NCBI GenBank assembly: GCA_963758635.1
Contig: CAVWWD010000003.1
Span: 800,001-864,000, forward strand
Direction: 5' to 3'
Origin: an uncultured Candidatus Rokubacteria bacterium
Lineage (GTDB): Bacteria; Methylomirabilota; Methylomirabilia; Rokubacteriales; CSP1-6
DNA: 64,000 nucleotides
Shown here in pieces: positions 1 to 10,230 of the stretch (positions are counted from its first letter, which is position 1; each line of letters starts with the position of its first letter). A program made the translations under genes and the position numbers. The notes under the pieces are model-generated. The model searched no databases. It worked only from the letters and a program-made list of their open reading frames with translations, and was not told the DNA's origin.

Positions 1-1830
1 TCGTCCCGCTCGATCAGCCGCCGCGCGTCGAAGAGGACGTCCTCGACGACCACCTGCACGTGCTCCGCGCGCAGGAGGGAGCGGTCCCGCCGCGCCACCT
101 CGCCCAGCAGCGCCGACTCGGCGCGGAGGGTGACCCGCCGGACCCGCCCCTCGCGGATGGCGTCCGCGTCGTAGTCGAGCGAGACCGTGAGGCCGCGCGC
201 GTCGCGCAGGTAGGCGCCGAGGAAGCGGCCGGGGTCCGAGGTGAGGCGCCGCGCGATCTCCCCCGGCGGGGCCTCGACCACGGGCGGCCGCCGGGCGCGG
301 AGCGCGGCCTGGCTCCCGTCGGGCAGGGGGTACTCCGCGACCACCGGGTAGAGCGCCTGGAGGTACGGGTCCTCGGCGAAGCCATGCATGATGCGTTCGG
401 GCCTGGCCGCGGTGTAGGACGGGCCCTGGCTGCCCGTCTTGACCACGGCCACGTCGACGCCGAACGGAGCGGCGTCCCACGCCCGCGCGAAGACGATCGG
501 CACGCCCCGCCGCACCGCTTCGTAGCGGAGGGTGGAGACGGAGAGGAAGTTGTAGTTCGGCACGACGGCCGTCCGCACCGCCTGCCCGTTTCCGAGCCAC
601 AGGAGGTCGGCGACGATCCGGTCGTGCTGCCAGTCGCCTCGGGCGGGCGCGTGGTTGAAGACGGTCGTGCCGTGGAAGAGGGCCAGGTGCGGCGGGCGGG
701 GCGCCGCGAAGGCGGCCATCGACACCTGGAGGAGGCCGAGCGCGATCACGGCGAGGCCGGCGGCCCCTCGCCATGCGCGCGGAACCGCGCGGACGCCGGC
801 CGCGGCGGCGAGCGCGGCGGCGGGCAGCATCGGGAGCGCGTAGCGGAGGTTCTTGTTCTGGCTCAGCGTCATGACGACCAGCGGCACGAGGGTGGCCGAC
901 CACACGAGGCCGCGGGACCGGTCGCGCGCGATGGCCCAGAGCCCCCACAGGGCCAGCGCGGTCGCGAGCACGCCGAACACCGGGATCAGGTAGCGCGGAT
1001 AGAAGAGGATCCCGGCGACGGAGAGCGCCGGCGCGTGGCCCTCGGCGGCCGCGAACGTGAACGAGCGGTCGGAGACCTGCATCGGCAGCGCGAGCAGTCG
1101 CGGCCCGTACCACGGCAGCGCCAGGGCCGCCGCGATGGTGAGCGACAGCGCGAGCCAGCCGCGCGCCGGACGCAGGCGGCGCGCCTCCCACGCCGCCCAC
1201 GCGAGCGGACCCACGAGGTACACGGCGAACGTCGGCTTGGTGAGCATGCCGAGGCCGAGGACGAGCCCATGCGCCACGGCCCATCCGGGGCGGATGAAGC
1301 CCTCGGCGCGCGTCTGGACGTGGAGGGCGAGGGCCACCATCGCGGCCAGCGGCAGGTCGAGCTGGAAGTTCGTGAGCGAGAACACCACGAACGGCGCGGT
1401 GCCGAAGACGAACGCGGCGAGGACGCCCGTGGGGCCGTCCCAGAGCCACCGTCCCAGCGCGAGGACGCTGGCGAGCCCGATCCCGAGGAAGACCCACATC
1501 ACGACCTGAGCGGTGAGCGGGACCGGCGGCAGCACGAAGTACGCGAGGCCGGCCGCGCAGATGGCCAGCGGAGGGTAGAAGGCGGACAGCTCGAGCACCT
1601 CGCCCAGCCTCTGGCCCGGGCCGGCGAGCGACGCGATGACAGTGGAGCGCGCGCTCCAGGTGGTTGGCGTGGTCCCACTCCGGGGGCCGGCGGTCCACGC
1701 TGACCCACACCGCCATGACGATGCCGAGCAGGATCCAGAGCGCGCCGACGGCGAGCCACTCCCGCGCGCTCGCCCCGGCCCCCACCGGGCCCCTGGCCCC
1801 GCGAGGGTCAGCCGGCCGGCGAGCGGCCAT
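1..1830 (-). CDS. ArnT/PMT-like (GT39/GT-C) polytopic membrane glycosyltransferase; runs off left edge; one frameshift near 1633
   Basis: Manual translation gives ...DRRPPEWDHANHLERAL.../...SAFYPPLA...NFQLDLPLAAMV...GMLTKPTF...LPWYGPR...NKNLRY, with many TM segments. Confidence 0.75.
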   Translation of the reverse strand, partial: MAARRPADPRGARGPVGAGASAREWLAVGALWILLGIVMAVWVSVDRRPPEWDHANHLERALHCHRVARRPGPEAGRGARAVRLLPSAGHLRGRPRVLRAAAGPAHRSGRDVGLPRDRARQRPRAGTVALGRPHGRPRRVRLRHRAVRGVLAHELPARPAAGRDGGPRPPRPDARRGLHPPRMGRGAWARPRPRHAHQADVRRVPRGSARVGGVGGAPPASGARLARAVAHHRGGPGAAVVRAATARAADAGLRPLVHVRGRRGPRAGALRRRDPLLSALPDPGVRRARDRAGPVGALGHRARPVPRPRVVGHPRAAGRHDAEPEQEPPLRAPDAARRRARRRGRRPRGSARMARGRRPRRDRARPPPGVDGRLRGAPPAAPGPLPRHDRLQPRARPRRLAARPDRRRPPVARKRAGGADGRRAELQLPLRLHPPLRSGAAGRADRLRAGVGRRSVRRRRGRGQDGQPGPVLHRGQARTHHAWLRRGPVPPGALPGGRGVPPARREPGRAPRPAAARGRGPAGGDRAAPHLGPRPLPRRLPARRARPHGLARLRRGRHPRGAGPAGHPPRRVGAAGRGGAAGPLPPARGARAGGRRGRPLRRAAADRAGR

Positions 1831-2764
1831 CGCGCCCCTTCCTGAACACCACGTTGAAGTACGGGAGGACGCGCGAGGGCGATCGGCCGAGCGCGGCGAG
1901 GGCGGCGCACGGCCCGGCGAGCACGGGCAGCGCGACCCGGCGGAGCCCCGAGCGTGCGGTGTCCCGGAAGAAGCGCCATCCGTACGCGGCGTCCTCGGTG
2001 ACGTCCACGAGGCCGTGGGCGCCGCGCGAAGGGAGGATCTCGCGCCACGAGGCGTTCCGCCACGCCGCGGCGTCGAACTCCGCGAACGGCACCCCGCGCA
2101 GACGGGGGCCCCGCAGGGCGCGGGCGTACGCGAACGCCGCGCGCGGGGGCAGCCACTGGATGCCGGGCAAGCCGATCGAGTGCGTCTCCAGCGGGAAGGC
2201 TCGGTTCGGCGTGTCGAGGACGGCGATGTGGCCGCCCGCGCGGAGCACCCGGTAGTACTCGTCGACGTAGCGCCGCCGGTCGCGCGCGGGCAGGTGCTCG
2301 ACCACGCCCACGGCGAGCACCAGGTCGAACGCCTCGTCCGGGAACGGCAGCCGCGTGGTTTCCTCGTCGGTGAGGGACAGGACGGCACGCACCTTGTCGA
2401 GCCCCAGCTCCTCCACCTTGAGCCGCGTCATCTCCGCGAACGCCGGGTCCACGTCGAACGTGCGCACCTCGGCCACGAGGTCGCAGTCGTGGAGGTACTC
2501 GGTGATGTGGCCGAAGGAGCAGCCCACCTCGAGCACCGACAGGTCGCGCGCCCCGCGGGCCCGCAGGTAGGCGACGAGCCGCTCGAGGAAGTGGCGGCCG
2601 CGCGTCTCCTTGAACGGAAAGTAGAGCGGCGCGCGCTCGGCGCCCTTCCGCTCGATGAGCAGACGGATCAGCCGCTCGCTGTAGCGGGTGCGGTACTCGA
2701 CGCCGCGCACCGAGAGGACGCGCTCGCCGCCGAGGTCGCGGATGGCGAAGCCCACGTCGGTCAC
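1808..2764 (-). CDS. Class I SAM-dependent methyltransferase
   Basis: VLEVGCSFG and LPFPDEAFDLV...VVEHL motifs; GTG start 7 nt after a TATAAT (alternative ATG at 2773). Confidence 0.85.
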   Translation of the reverse strand: MTDVGFAIRDLGGERVLSVRGVEYRTRYSERLIRLLIERKGAERAPLYFPFKETRGRHFLERLVAYLRARGARDLSVLEVGCSFGHITEYLHDCDLVAEVRTFDVDPAFAEMTRLKVEELGLDKVRAVLSLTDEETTRLPFPDEAFDLVLAVGVVEHLPARDRRRYVDEYYRVLRAGGHIAVLDTPNRAFPLETHSIGLPGIQWLPPRAAFAYARALRGPRLRGVPFAEFDAAAWRNASWREILPSRGAHGLVDVTEDAAYGWRFFRDTARSGLRRVALPVLAGPCAALAALGRSPSRVLPYFNVVFRKGRDGRSPAG

Positions 2765-2771
2765 GCTCCGC

Positions 2772-2817
2772 ATTATAGGGCGCGGCCGTTGACACGTCCG
2801 GCGCCCGGCCGCAGTAT
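2772..2817. promoter_or_regulatory. Divergent promoters: minus-strand -10 TATAAT (2772-2777) and plus-strand TTGACA-N17-CAGTAT (2789-2817)
   Basis: Motifs read directly between two divergent genes. Confidence 0.6.
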
Positions 2818-2848
2818 CGGGCGAAAGCCCAAGCGGGAGGAAACGAGC

Positions 2849-3695
2849 ATGCCGAAGGTCCTGACCGACGCCGAGGTGCGGAGCTACGAGCGGGACGGCT
2901 ACCTGTCCCCGGTGCGCGCGATGAGTGCTGCGCGCGCCCGCCAGTACCGCGCGAAGTTCGAGGCCCTCGAGGCCCGCGTGTCCGACATCAAGAAGATGAA
3001 GACGAAGTCCCACCTCCTGTGCCCGTGGGTGCTGGACATCGCCGAGGATCCGCACATCCTCGACGTCTTCGAGGACCTCATCGGCCCCGAACATCCGGTG
3101 CTGGAGCATGGCGTGGCGGGTCAAGAAGGCCGACGGCCAGACGTTCGCGGGCTGGCACCAGGACTCGTCCTACGGCGCCGCGCTGCCCGTCGTGCTGGGG
3201 GCGCTCGCCCTGTCGCCGTGCGGCGTCCGGCAGGGATGCCTCCGGGGGATCCCGGGCTCGCACCGCGGCGGCATCCTCGAGCACGAGGAGTCGGACGACC
3301 CGAAGAGCATCCTCGCGCGCGGCCAGTACATCACCGAGCCGTTCGACGAGGCGAGCGCGGTGGACTTCCCGCTCGAGCCCGGCGAGATGGTGATGTTCGA
3401 CAACTCGCTGATCCACAGCTCGGGGCCGAACCTCGGGCCCGACCGCCGCTTCCTGCTCCTGGTGGAGATGCTGCCCACGTGGGCGAAGCCGCCGCGGGTC
3501 CGTCAGGCCACGATGCTCCTGCGCGGGGTCGACACGTACGGCAGCTTCGACGACGAGCCGCGTCCCGACGGGGAGTGGACGGAGACGGCTCTCGCCAACT
3601 GGGCGGCGTGCACGAACCGGCGGGCGACCCTCATCTTCGAGGACAGCGCTATTGGTCCGAGCGAGGCGTACGGGGGGAAGCGCGCCGCAACCTGA
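2849..3695 (+). CDS. PhyH-family Fe(II)/2-oxoglutarate dioxygenase; frameshift near 3085
   Basis: LTDAEVRSYERDGYL, WHQD and HSSGPN motifs; GGAGG RBS. Confidence 0.85.
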
Positions 3696-3720
3696 TCCCG
3701 CGCCCTGTCCCTGCGCGCGG

Positions 3721-3890
3721 GTGCGCTCGGCCGGGGCGGCGGGGAGGCACCAGGGGTCGCGGGGCCACGCCGCACGCGTGCGCTGACCCGCTGTAGCTGG
3801 GCTCCATCCGGGCGCGCGGGGTCCGATGACCGATGGAGGGGAAGGGCCCCGCGACCCCTGGTGCCTCCCCACCGCCCACCCGGGCCGCGC
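3721..3890 (+). repeat. Structured repeat family A, copy 1
   Basis: 33-bp stem 3734-3766/3845-3877 with one mismatch; core shared with copies at 31.35 kb and 59.7 kb. Confidence 0.9.
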
Positions 3891-3892
3891 TC

Positions 3893-3941
3893 CACGCTCC
3901 TCGGCTCCTCGCTCTTCGGTCTCACGCTCCTCGGCTCCTCG
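3893..3941. repeat. 19-bp direct repeat CACGCTCCTCGGCTCCTCG x2 (period 30)
   Basis: Copies at 3893-3911 and 3923-3941. Confidence 0.8.
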
Positions 3942-4170
3942 TCGAGTGACAATCGGCAGTGTCGTTGCCAGATCTCCGGGGGTGGCGCGGATCAAACGCT
4001 AGGTGTCTGGGCGGGGGCGTGCGATACTGCTTGCGTTCTTGGTCACGACTCGAAGAGTCCGAACGGCGGTATCCCCGGCAATCCCCCCGTTCTCCCGATC
4101 ACGCCGGATTTGATCTGAGCAGCGCTGTCCTTCGCCGGCGTGCGTCGCTCGTGAAGAAGAGGTCGAACCC

Positions 4171-5478
4171 ATGTCTTTCGAATCACTAGGTGTGCCCGCA
4201 CCCCTCCTGCGCGCCGTGGAGGCGCTCGGCTACGCCGAGCCCACCCCGATCCAGCGCGACGCCATCCCGCCCGTCCGCGCCGGACGCGACGTGCTCGCGT
4301 GCGCCATGACGGGCAGTGGCAAGACCGCCGCGTTCCTGCTGCCCATCGTGGAGCGGCTCACCGCACGGCCCCGCGGCGCCGTGCGCGCCCTCGTCATCGC
4401 GCCCACCCGCGAGCTTGCCGCCCAGATCGAGAGCGACCTGCGCGACCTCGCGCGATTCACCCCGATCCGCGGCGCCGCCGTGTTCGGCGGCGTCGGCATG
4501 GGCCCGCAGGAGGACGCGTTCCGCCGCGGCGTCGACGTGATCGTCGCCACGCCGGGTCGGCTCCTCGATCACATGCAGCATCCCTACGTCCGGCTCGATG
4601 CGCTCGAGGTCCTGATCCTCGACGAGGCGGACCGGATGCTCGACATGGGGTTCCTGCCCGACATCCGGCGCGTGCTCGCGCGCCTGCCCAAGCGGCGCCA
4701 GACGCTGATGTTCTCCGCGACCATGCCGCCGCCCATCGCCGTGCTCGCCCGCGAGATCCTCACGAACGCGGTGCCGATCAACCAGGAGCGGAAGGCCGCG
4801 CCGGCCACGGGAATCACGCACGCGGTGTACCAGGTGGCGCAGGAGCTGAAGAGCGGCCTCCTCGTCGCGCTCCTCCGGCGCCCGACCATGCGGAGCGTGC
4901 TCGTCTTCACGCGCACCAAGCACCGCTGCAACCGGCTCACCGAGCAGCTCGTGAAGGCGGGGGTCGTCGCGGAGCGGATCCACGGCAACCGCAGCCAGGC
5001 CCAGCGCACGCTCGCCCTGGACGGGTTCAAGCGCGGGCGGTGCCGCGTGCTGGTGGCCACCGACATCGCCGCGCGCGGCCTGGACATCGACGAGCTGTCG
5101 CACGTGGTCAACTTCGACGTGCCGCACGTGCCCGAGGACTACATCCACCGGGCGGGCCGCACGGCGCGGGCGGGCGCGGAGGGCGAGGCCATCACCTTCG
5201 TCGCGCCCGACGAGACGGGCGACCTCCAGGCCATCGAGCGCGCCATCGGACGCCCGCTGCCGCGGGCGACGCTGCCTGACTTCGACTACGCGCGCCGGCC
5301 CGCCGAGCGCCTCGAGATCCCCCTGGCCGAGCGCATCGCGGCCATCCGCGCCCGCAAGGCCGAGGAGCGCGCCCGGGCCCGGGTCAACGCCGCCCGCCGC
5401 TCCCAGCACCCCACGACGGGCCGACCGTCGAGGCCTGGCCAACCAGCCGACCGCCCGCCACGCAACGCGAGGGTCTGA
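4171..5478 (+). CDS. rhlE: DEAD-box RNA helicase (RhlE-like)
   Basis: PTPIQ, GSGKT, PTRELA, DEAD, SAT, ARGLD and HRAGRTAR motifs. Confidence 0.92.
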   Translation: MSFESLGVPAPLLRAVEALGYAEPTPIQRDAIPPVRAGRDVLACAMTGSGKTAAFLLPIVERLTARPRGAVRALVIAPTRELAAQIESDLRDLARFTPIRGAAVFGGVGMGPQEDAFRRGVDVIVATPGRLLDHMQHPYVRLDALEVLILDEADRMLDMGFLPDIRRVLARLPKRRQTLMFSATMPPPIAVLAREILTNAVPINQERKAAPATGITHAVYQVAQELKSGLLVALLRRPTMRSVLVFTRTKHRCNRLTEQLVKAGVVAERIHGNRSQAQRTLALDGFKRGRCRVLVATDIAARGLDIDELSHVVNFDVPHVPEDYIHRAGRTARAGAEGEAITFVAPDETGDLQAIERAIGRPLPRATLPDFDYARRPAERLEIPLAERIAAIRARKAEERARARVNAARRSQHPTTGRPSRPGQPADRPPRNARV

Positions 5479-5614
5479 CCCCCGTTTTGCGCGCTTTTGC
5501 GCAGCGAGCCGAAGGCGAGCGGAGCGCACATGGAAATGAATTGGAACCCACCGCAACGCTGATCGGGACGAAGGGGTCGCGAGATCGGACGGCGGGACCA
5601 AGGCCCGGGTTGCG

Positions 5615-5643
5615 TTGACAGGGTGGATGGCGGCTCGTATGAT
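5615..5643 (+). promoter_or_regulatory. Sigma70-type promoter TTGACA-N17-TATGAT for the TRAP operon
   Basis: Near-consensus hexamers at 17-nt spacing; AGGAGG RBS downstream. Confidence 0.8.
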
Positions 5644-5737
5644 CCGCGCCGTTGGGTGGTGTTCGCTCCGTCTCGACGCGGCTGCCCAGCCCCCGCCCGG
5701 CGTACTCGCGGATATATATAAAGGAGGAAGCGGTCTC

Positions 5738-6701
5738 ATGAGGAAACGTGTGCTGCTCTCGATGTGCTTACTGCTCATCGCCGCGCTGCCTGTCCAGGCC
5801 CAGCAGAAGACCAGCCTGATCTTCACCGCCGGCCCCACCGGCGGATCGTGGACGCCGATGGCCGCGGCCACCGCGGAGACCATCAAGAAGAAGTTCCCGG
5901 AGATCGACGTGCAGGTCGAGCCGGGCGCCGCGCTCGTCAACATCGAGAAGATGCGCAGCGACAAGGCCGACCTGGGCTGGTCGATGACCACCGTGCTCGC
6001 CGACGCGCGCGCCGGGCACCGCCACGTGGAAGGGCAAGCAGACCGACAAGCCGCTGTTCGTGGCCAACTTCTACCCGAACGTGTGGCAGCTCGTGGTGCC
6101 CCAGTCCGCCGACATCCGCAAGTTCTCCGACCTCAAGGGCAAGGCGGTGGCGCTGCCCCCGCGCGGCAACACGAGCCTGTCCGACGGGTGGGAGCTGCTC
6201 GCGAAGATCGCGGGCATGAAGCTCGAGGACCTCGGCACGCAGCAGCCACGGCTCGATCACCGAGAACGCCGAGGCGATCCGCAACCGGCAGGCCGTGGCG
6301 ATGGGCTGGTACACGACGGTGCCGGCGAGCTTCATGCTCGACCTCGGCACGTCGATGAAGCTCCGGATGATCTCGGTGCCCGACGACGTGCTGGGAGAAG
6401 ATGCGCCAGGTCAACCCGGGCTTCGTCCGTCACGTCGTGCCCAAGGCGCACCTACGCGCAGTACGGGGTCGACGAGGACATCGTCACGGTGCAGGCGCCC
6501 ACCATCCTGATCGCCCACGCCAAAACGTCGCCCGACGTGATCTACAAGGTCACCAAGGCCATCGTCGAGGGCCGGGAGGACTTCGCCCGCGTCACCGCGG
6601 CCATGAAGGGCGTCTCCGCGAAGGACATGGCGCAGGCCCACGGCATGCCGCTCCACCCGGGCGCCGAGAAGTACTACCGCGAAGCCGGCCTCCTGAAGTA
6701 G
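5738..6701 (+). CDS. TAXI-family TRAP solute-binding protein; several frameshifts
   Basis: Signal peptide, TAGPTGGSW, DLKGKAV and PLHPGAEKYYRE; pieces in ORFs 5615, 6060, 6295 and 6401. Confidence 0.9.
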
Positions 6702-6705
6702 ACGC

Positions 6706-8765
6706 GTGCGCAAGCTCACCGGCTACGCGGGCGTCGCCGTCGGCGTGGTGGCGGTCGTGATGTCCGTCTACCACGTGTACGCGCGGCTGACGCCCGCGGC
6801 GCCGGACACGCCAGGTGCTCCGCTACATCGCGCTGGGCTTCTGCCTGGCCCTCGCGTTCCTCCTCTTCCCCGCGCGGTCCACGACGCCGCTGGACGAGGA
6901 GGGCACGGTGCTGTCGGAAGGGCAGGCGCCGGTCCCCGGCATCGGCTGGATGGACCTCGCGCTCGCGGGGCTGTCCGTCGCCTGCCTCGCCTACTTCTTC
7001 GTCAACTACACCTACGTCGTCGAGCGGTTTCCCACCGCCCACCCGCTCCACCCCATGGACCTCGCGGTGGGCACGCTCCTCGTCCTGCTCGTGCTCGAGG
7101 CGACGCGCCGGACGCTCGGGATCGCCCTGCCCGTGCTCGCGCTCTGCTTCATCGCCTACGGCCTCGCCGGGGCGTGGCTGCCCGGGCCGCTGCGCCACCG
7201 TGGGCTCACGTACGAGATCGTGATCGACCAGACCGTGTTCACCACCGAGGGGCTGTTCGGCATCCCGCTCGGCGTGGCCGCGTCGTACGTGATCCTGTTC
7301 ATCATCTTCGGCGCGTTCCTGGAGCGGTCGGGCGCGGGGCAATTCTTCATGAACCTCGCCAACGAGCCTCGCCGGCGGCCAGCGCGGCGGCCCGGGCAAG
7401 GTGTCGGTCATCTCCTCGAGCATGTTCGGCACGATCTCGGGCTCGGCGGTCGCCAACGTGATGGTCGACGGCTGGCTAGACCATCCCCATGATGAAGCGC
7501 AGCGGCTTCAAGCCCGAGGCGGCGGCGGCGGTGGAAGCGGTCGCCTCGACCGGAGGCCAGATCATGCCGCCGGTCATGGGCGCGGCCTCCTTCGTGATGG
7601 CGGAGTTCCTGGGCGTGCCCTACACGCACGTGATGCTCGCGGCGGCGATCCCCGCCGTCTTCTACTACGGGGCGCTCTTCGCCGCCATCCACTTCAACGC
7701 CGGGCGCTCCGGGCTGCGTGGGATCCCGCGCGAGGAGCTGCCGCGACTGTCCCAGGTCCTCGCATCCCAGGGCCATCTGCTCGCCCCGGTGCTGGCGATC
7801 TTCCTCCTCCTGCTCGACGGGTTCTCCGCCACCTACGCGGCGATCGTCTCGACCGCGGTCGTGGTGTACGCCTGGCTCCTCGGGCGATGGGTGTGGCCGC
7901 TCTTCGCCGCCGGCGTGGTGCTGTGGGTGATCGGATCGCCCGTGGTGGCTGGTGGGGCTCGCGGTGATCGGCCTCGTCGTCGCGGCGGTCCGGCCGGGCG
8001 GCCGTGGCCAGCTCTGGAGCCTCCTCGTGAGCGATGGCCCGCGCGCGCTGCGCTCGGGCGCCCAGCAGACGGTGCCCGTCGCCATGGCCACCGCGGCGGC
8101 CGGCATCATGATCGGCATCATCCTGCAGACCGGCCTGGCCATCCGCTTCACGAGCTTCCTCGTCGAGTTCGCGAGCGGCAACCTCTTCATGGCGCTCGTC
8201 ATCACGATGATCGCCGCGATCATCCTCGGGCACCGCCCTGCCGACGACGCCGGCCTACATCATGCTGGCCGCGCTGCTCATCCCGGCCCTCATCAAGCTC
8301 GGCGTCCCGCCGATGGCCGCCCACATGTTCGCGTTCTACTACGGCTGCCTCTCCGCGGTGACGCCGCCCGAGTGCCTGGCCGTGTACGCGGCGGCCTCGA
8401 TCAGCCGCTGCTCGGTGTGGGGCGCGGGATGGCAGGCGATGAAGTTCGCGGCGGCCGGGTTCATCGTGCCGTTCTTCTTCATCTACTACCCGGCGCTGCT
8501 CTTCCAGGGTAGCTGGGGCGAGATCGGCCTCGCCGCGCTGTCGGGTGGGGTGGGCGTGATCGCGCTCGCCGCGGGCCTCGAGGGCTACTTCCTGCGCCGC
8601 GCGACCTGGCTCGAGCGGGGGCTCTTCCTCGCCGCCGCCTTGCTGCTGATCCATCCCGGCCTCGTCACCGACGTAGCCGGCCTGGCGCTTCTCCTCGCCG
8701 CTCTCGGCTCTCAGCGGCTGCGCGCGCCCGAGGCTCCGGTGCCGGCCACGCGGATGGCCTCGTGA
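6706..8765 (+). CDS. TRAP fused 4TM/12TM permease; several frameshifts
   Basis: LEATRR, TEGLFGIPLG, GTISGSAVANV, ASTGGQIMPPVMGAASF and AHMFAFYYG motifs. Confidence 0.9.
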
Positions 8766-8851
8766 GCCGGCCGAAGCTCGTCGCGCTCACCCTGGTGTGC
8801 GCCGCGCTCGTGGTGGGCACGATCGTCTACGGGGTGCTGCGCCTGTACTGA
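8762..8851 (+). CDS. Putative 29-aa single-TM small protein
   Basis: GTGA start/stop overlap with the permease; sequence MSRPKLVALTLVCAALVVGTIVYGVLRLY. Confidence 0.45.
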   Translation: MSRPKLVALTLVCAALVVGTIVYGVLRLY

Positions 8852-8871
8852 GCGCGGCCGCCGCCCGGGGG

Positions 8872-10230
8872 TCAGTCGGCGTCGGGGATCCAGCTCCCGT
8901 GGAAGCCGAACGGCACACGCTGGGGCAGCGCGATGGTGGCGACCGGCTTGGCGGCGAAGGCGGTGGCGTCGAGGATGACGAGGTCGCTGCCGTCGCGCGC
9001 GCTGTCGTAGACGTAGGCCAGCACCCAGCCCTCGTCCTCGCCTGATCCCGGCGCGGCCGGCACGAACACCGGCTCGGCGGGCAGGCGCCCGGGCCCGAAG
9101 TCGTGGGTCACGGCGGCGCCGCCGGCGGCCAGATCGTACTTGATCAGCGACGTCCCCGTGCTCCGGTCCACCGCGTTCTCGGTGTAGACGGCGTACCCGT
9201 AGCGATTCGGCAGCCCCACCATGCGCTCGTCGCAGCGCGGGAACTCCACCGCGCGGTCGTCGAGCGGCTGCTCGCGCACCCGCCCGGCGGCGAGATCGAC
9301 GCGCCAGCGATGGAGCGCGGGCCGCGTCGCGGGCGCCGTCGAGGCGCCCCGCCAGAGCTCCGGGTACCGGACCACGTCCACCACCACCGCGCCGTCGGCG
9401 TCCTCGAACGCGTTCAGCGGATGGAAGACGTAGCACGGCGCGACGTCGTGCCAGCGCACGTCGGCGTTCGTCCCGCCCCGCGGCATCACGCCCACGCGCG
9501 CGCCGTACTCGTCGCTCCACCGGTACGGCATGGTCCCGGCCATCGCCAGCTCCAGGTCGAACACCACGGGCAGGTCCATGAAGACCACGTGACGGGTGGT
9601 GATCGCGAAGTCGTGGATCATCGTCGGGCCCGGCACCTCGATGACCTCGCTCTGCGCCAGGCGGCCCGCGGCGTCGGCGCGGTGGTAGGTGAGGAACGGC
9701 GGCAGGAACGAGTAGCCGAAGAAGTGGAGCTCGCCGGTGCGCGGGCAGAGCTTCGGGTGGGCGGTCATCGCGCTCCCGAGACGCCCCCCGTAGTCGAAGA
9801 TGCCCACGGTCTCGAGCTCCCGCGTGACCTCGGTGGGGAACGACGACTCGACCAGCGCGAGGATGCGGCCGCCGTGGGCGACCACGTGGGTGTTGGCGAG
9901 GGCCACCGTCCGGTCGAGCGCCCCGTCGGGCCCGAAGCGCGGCGGATCCTCCTCCAGGAGCTTCCGCGTGCGCACCCATCGGTTCCGGTACGAGACGGCC
10001 CGTCCGCCCGCGAGGTGGATGCCGTGGAGCATGCCGTCGCCCATGAACCAGTGCGGGGAGACGCCGGTCTTCGGGTTCGGGCCGTTCCGCACGTACCGGC
10101 CGCGGAGGGCCCGGGGCACCGCGCCCTGGACGGGGAGGTCGAGCCCGGTCACCTCGGCGAGGACGGGCGCGTAGTTGCCGCGGAGGTGGAACGGCAGCGT
10201 CTCGACGGTGGAACCCTCGGGGCTCGTCAT
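8872..10230 (-). CDS. Carotenoid cleavage oxygenase / lignostilbene dioxygenase (RPE65 family)
   Basis: GNYAPV, HWFMGDGMLH, TAHPK, MIHDF, YVFH, EPVFVP and GFHGSW (four His ligands). Confidence 0.93.
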   Translation of the reverse strand: MTSPEGSTVETLPFHLRGNYAPVLAEVTGLDLPVQGAVPRALRGRYVRNGPNPKTGVSPHWFMGDGMLHGIHLAGGRAVSYRNRWVRTRKLLEEDPPRFGPDGALDRTVALANTHVVAHGGRILALVESSFPTEVTRELETVGIFDYGGRLGSAMTAHPKLCPRTGELHFFGYSFLPPFLTYHRADAAGRLAQSEVIEVPGPTMIHDFAITTRHVVFMDLPVVFDLELAMAGTMPYRWSDEYGARVGVMPRGGTNADVRWHDVAPCYVFHPLNAFEDADGAVVVDVVRYPELWRGASTAPATRPALHRWRVDLAAGRVREQPLDDRAVEFPRCDERMVGLPNRYGYAVYTENAVDRSTGTSLIKYDLAAGGAAVTHDFGPGRLPAEPVFVPAAPGSGEDEGWVLAYVYDSARDGSDLVILDATAFAAKPVATIALPQRVPFGFHGSWIPDAD

